From assembly GCF_001194135.2 (NCBI RefSeq), contig NC_068994.1:28958773-29022772 (forward strand): a stretch of 64,000 nt of DNA, given 5' to 3'. The notes under the pieces were generated by a model. It had not been told where the DNA came from and did not search any database. It saw only the letters and a list, made by a program, of their open reading frames with translations. Source of the DNA: Octopus bimaculoides (lineage: Eukaryota). Below are positions 61,971 to 64,000 of this stretch, piece after piece. The translations under genes and the position numbers were made by a program. Every line of letters starts with the position of its first letter. The first letter of the stretch is position 1.

Positions 61971-63357
61971 ACACTTCTATGACTCAATTTTCCGTATTAT
62001 ATCTGAATTGCGCACGTCAGCGTTTTAGTGTTTCCTTCACAGGGATTTAAGTCATTTCAGTGTTAAACGGAACACATTTCCTTAGCAGATAGAAAACCAC
62101 CACAGACCCTATGTATGTATATATAATATACGTATATTTCTTTGTGTCATTTTGTATGTATTCTGTTCTTACAACTCATCTATTTTGTTTGCTGACTTTC
62201 TGTTTACAGACTTCATAATTTCTGTTACCATACATAGCTCATTTTTTTTTCTGTCCTTGTTCGTCCATCATGACTGCTCGTATACATCCCAACAGCCAAA
62301 TTGGACAATATCATCAAAGCGAGTCGAAATTGTCTCCAATGTCTGCTTTGACATAGTTTGACATAGTTTCTACGGCTGAATACCTTTTCTAATACCAACT
62401 CCTTTACCGAGTGTATTGAATGTTTTTTCGTAGTACAGGCACCAGTGAAGTCACTAAGTAATTCACAGGAAAAGACTCCTCAACTGAGGAGAGTGGATGT
62501 AGTATTGAGTGTGGTGACTTTGTGCCAGGTGAAGAGAGGTGACATGAGATACATGACTATTCCAGTAGGAAAAGGAGAGATGGTAAAGAGGCATCAGTTA
62601 CATGAAGTGGGTATAACAGAGTACTCCAGAGGATTGGAGAGAGTGAGTGGATGGGTTAATTCGCAAGCTGTAAAAGGAGAGTGGTAGATGGATAGAGATG
62701 AGGATAGAGGTGAACGCAGTGAATGGTGAACAGAAGTGGAGGTGTGATGAATGCCAATTTTTTGCTGTGTTTGTGTGTGTGTGTGTGTGGGGGGAATAAA
62801 TGAGGTGACTCGCTTTCACTTAATATCCAAACAATTCGCTATGGCTCTTCAGACCTTGCCTGATATAACCATTGGTCTCAGTTTCAACTCCTATGGTCTC
62901 AGTTTCAATCCCCATGGTTCTGGTTTCACCTCTGAAAGTTATGGTAAGCCAATTATATCTATCTATCTACACGCACTCATATGTATGTATGTATGTATGT
63001 ATGTATGCATACATGTATGTGTGTATACTATATGAGCATGTGTTGTGTTCTTTTACCCCGAGAAAACGAATTCTGTAATCGAGTGGTTGATAGGATGGAT
63101 TTAAACCTTGAAGACGGTATCCAAGCATTGCCATATTCTAATGACTAAGACAAGTAAAAGATTTTCCAATCATTTTGATTGGTCTTGTACTTCTACAGAA
63201 CACAAAAGATGGACAACTGACACTAAACTAAACATACGAAATATTTAATACTTTTTAAAGAAGAACAAGGATTGGCAGAAACGGAAGGTCATCAACATTG
63301 CTTTGCGAGCCTTTGTCTTGGTACTTTTTGAGTTTAAATTCTACCAAGAATCAATTT

Positions 63358-64000
63358 GGATCTTTCTGATTTGACGGGCAACACTTTTAATTTATGTTTT
63401 ATGTAGTGTTTTTGGTACCGAAACACTTTCAAACTTCGAATACTTGTATATTTTGTGTTATAGAACAGATAAAAATTTTTGTATTCGAAGTTATTTCATG
63501 TAAAAAATTGTTGTATTTCGGTAATTTCAACCAATCACTGACGTCTATTGAGGTGAAAACAATTACTGCCGTGGAATGTAAACAACATGTTCTAACGGTG
63601 TCATGGGATCTTTTCCCTTGAATAAAATTAGTGCCGTAGTTTGTCAACAACAACTATCCGTGGTACTGTTATTCATGACATCGTTCGTGCGTTTGTATTG
63701 GTTTTAGCTTTAGGGTTTTAGGGTTAGGGTTCGGGTTTTAAAGTTAGGGTTAGGGTTAGGGTTATGATTATTTTTGCCATAACCTCACTCATAACCCTAA
63801 CCCTAACCCTAACCTTAAACCCTATAACTCATAACCATAGCCCTAACCCTAACCCCAACCCTAACCCTAACTCTAAAACCCGAACCCTAACCCTAAAACC
63901 CTAAACCCTTACTAGGGAATAATGATATAATTAAACAGGGAATAACACTCTTGACACCGGCAAAAATTATTGTTTACAAAAACAGCAGTGACTGTATTCA
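63358..64000. mobile_element. GGATC-ended TIR element with telomeric repeats (copy D; runs off the right edge)
   Basis: The left TIR ggatctttctgatttgacgggcaacactt is the reverse complement of copy B's right TIR with 1 mismatch. (TTAGGG)n-spacer-(CCCTAA)n at ~63700-63910. Confidence 0.88.

Overview
Eukaryotic, AT-rich, repeat-dense genomic DNA with six assembly gaps. The SINE, microsatellite and TE repertoire and the multi-finger C2H2 gene suggest an octopus genome (inference from repeat style, not a database match). The only intact protein-coding region is a single-exon-coded C2H2 zinc-finger ORF (23459-24634, minus; 7 canonical fingers plus an atypical C2HC-like eighth). Candidate spliced 5' leader exons for it lie about 16 kb upstream (~39780-40340). 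The rest is mostly TE debris: a Penelope-like element with an R4/Dong retrotransposon nested in its (AAT)n tract, a Helitron helicase 3' end, RTE and Tx1-like LINE fragments, a full-length but dead mariner, a Tigger/pogo relic, TTAA-flanked piggyBac-type MITEs, two convergent Gypsy (CsRn1-like, tRNA-Trp PBS) remnants and many tRNA-derived SINEs. Two things stand out. (1) Four related ~0.6-1.1 kb GGATC-ended TIR elements (one with a perfect 8-bp TSD, Merlin-like) carry internal TTAGGG arrays in different orientations, including a perfect 50-bp telomeric palindrome and an apparently flipped core. (2) Four type I hammerhead ribozyme motifs of unrelated sequence, with very short and mostly palindromic stem III, occur in four different repeats, one of them a tRNA-headed SINE. 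All structures were read by eye; no searches or folding programs were run.
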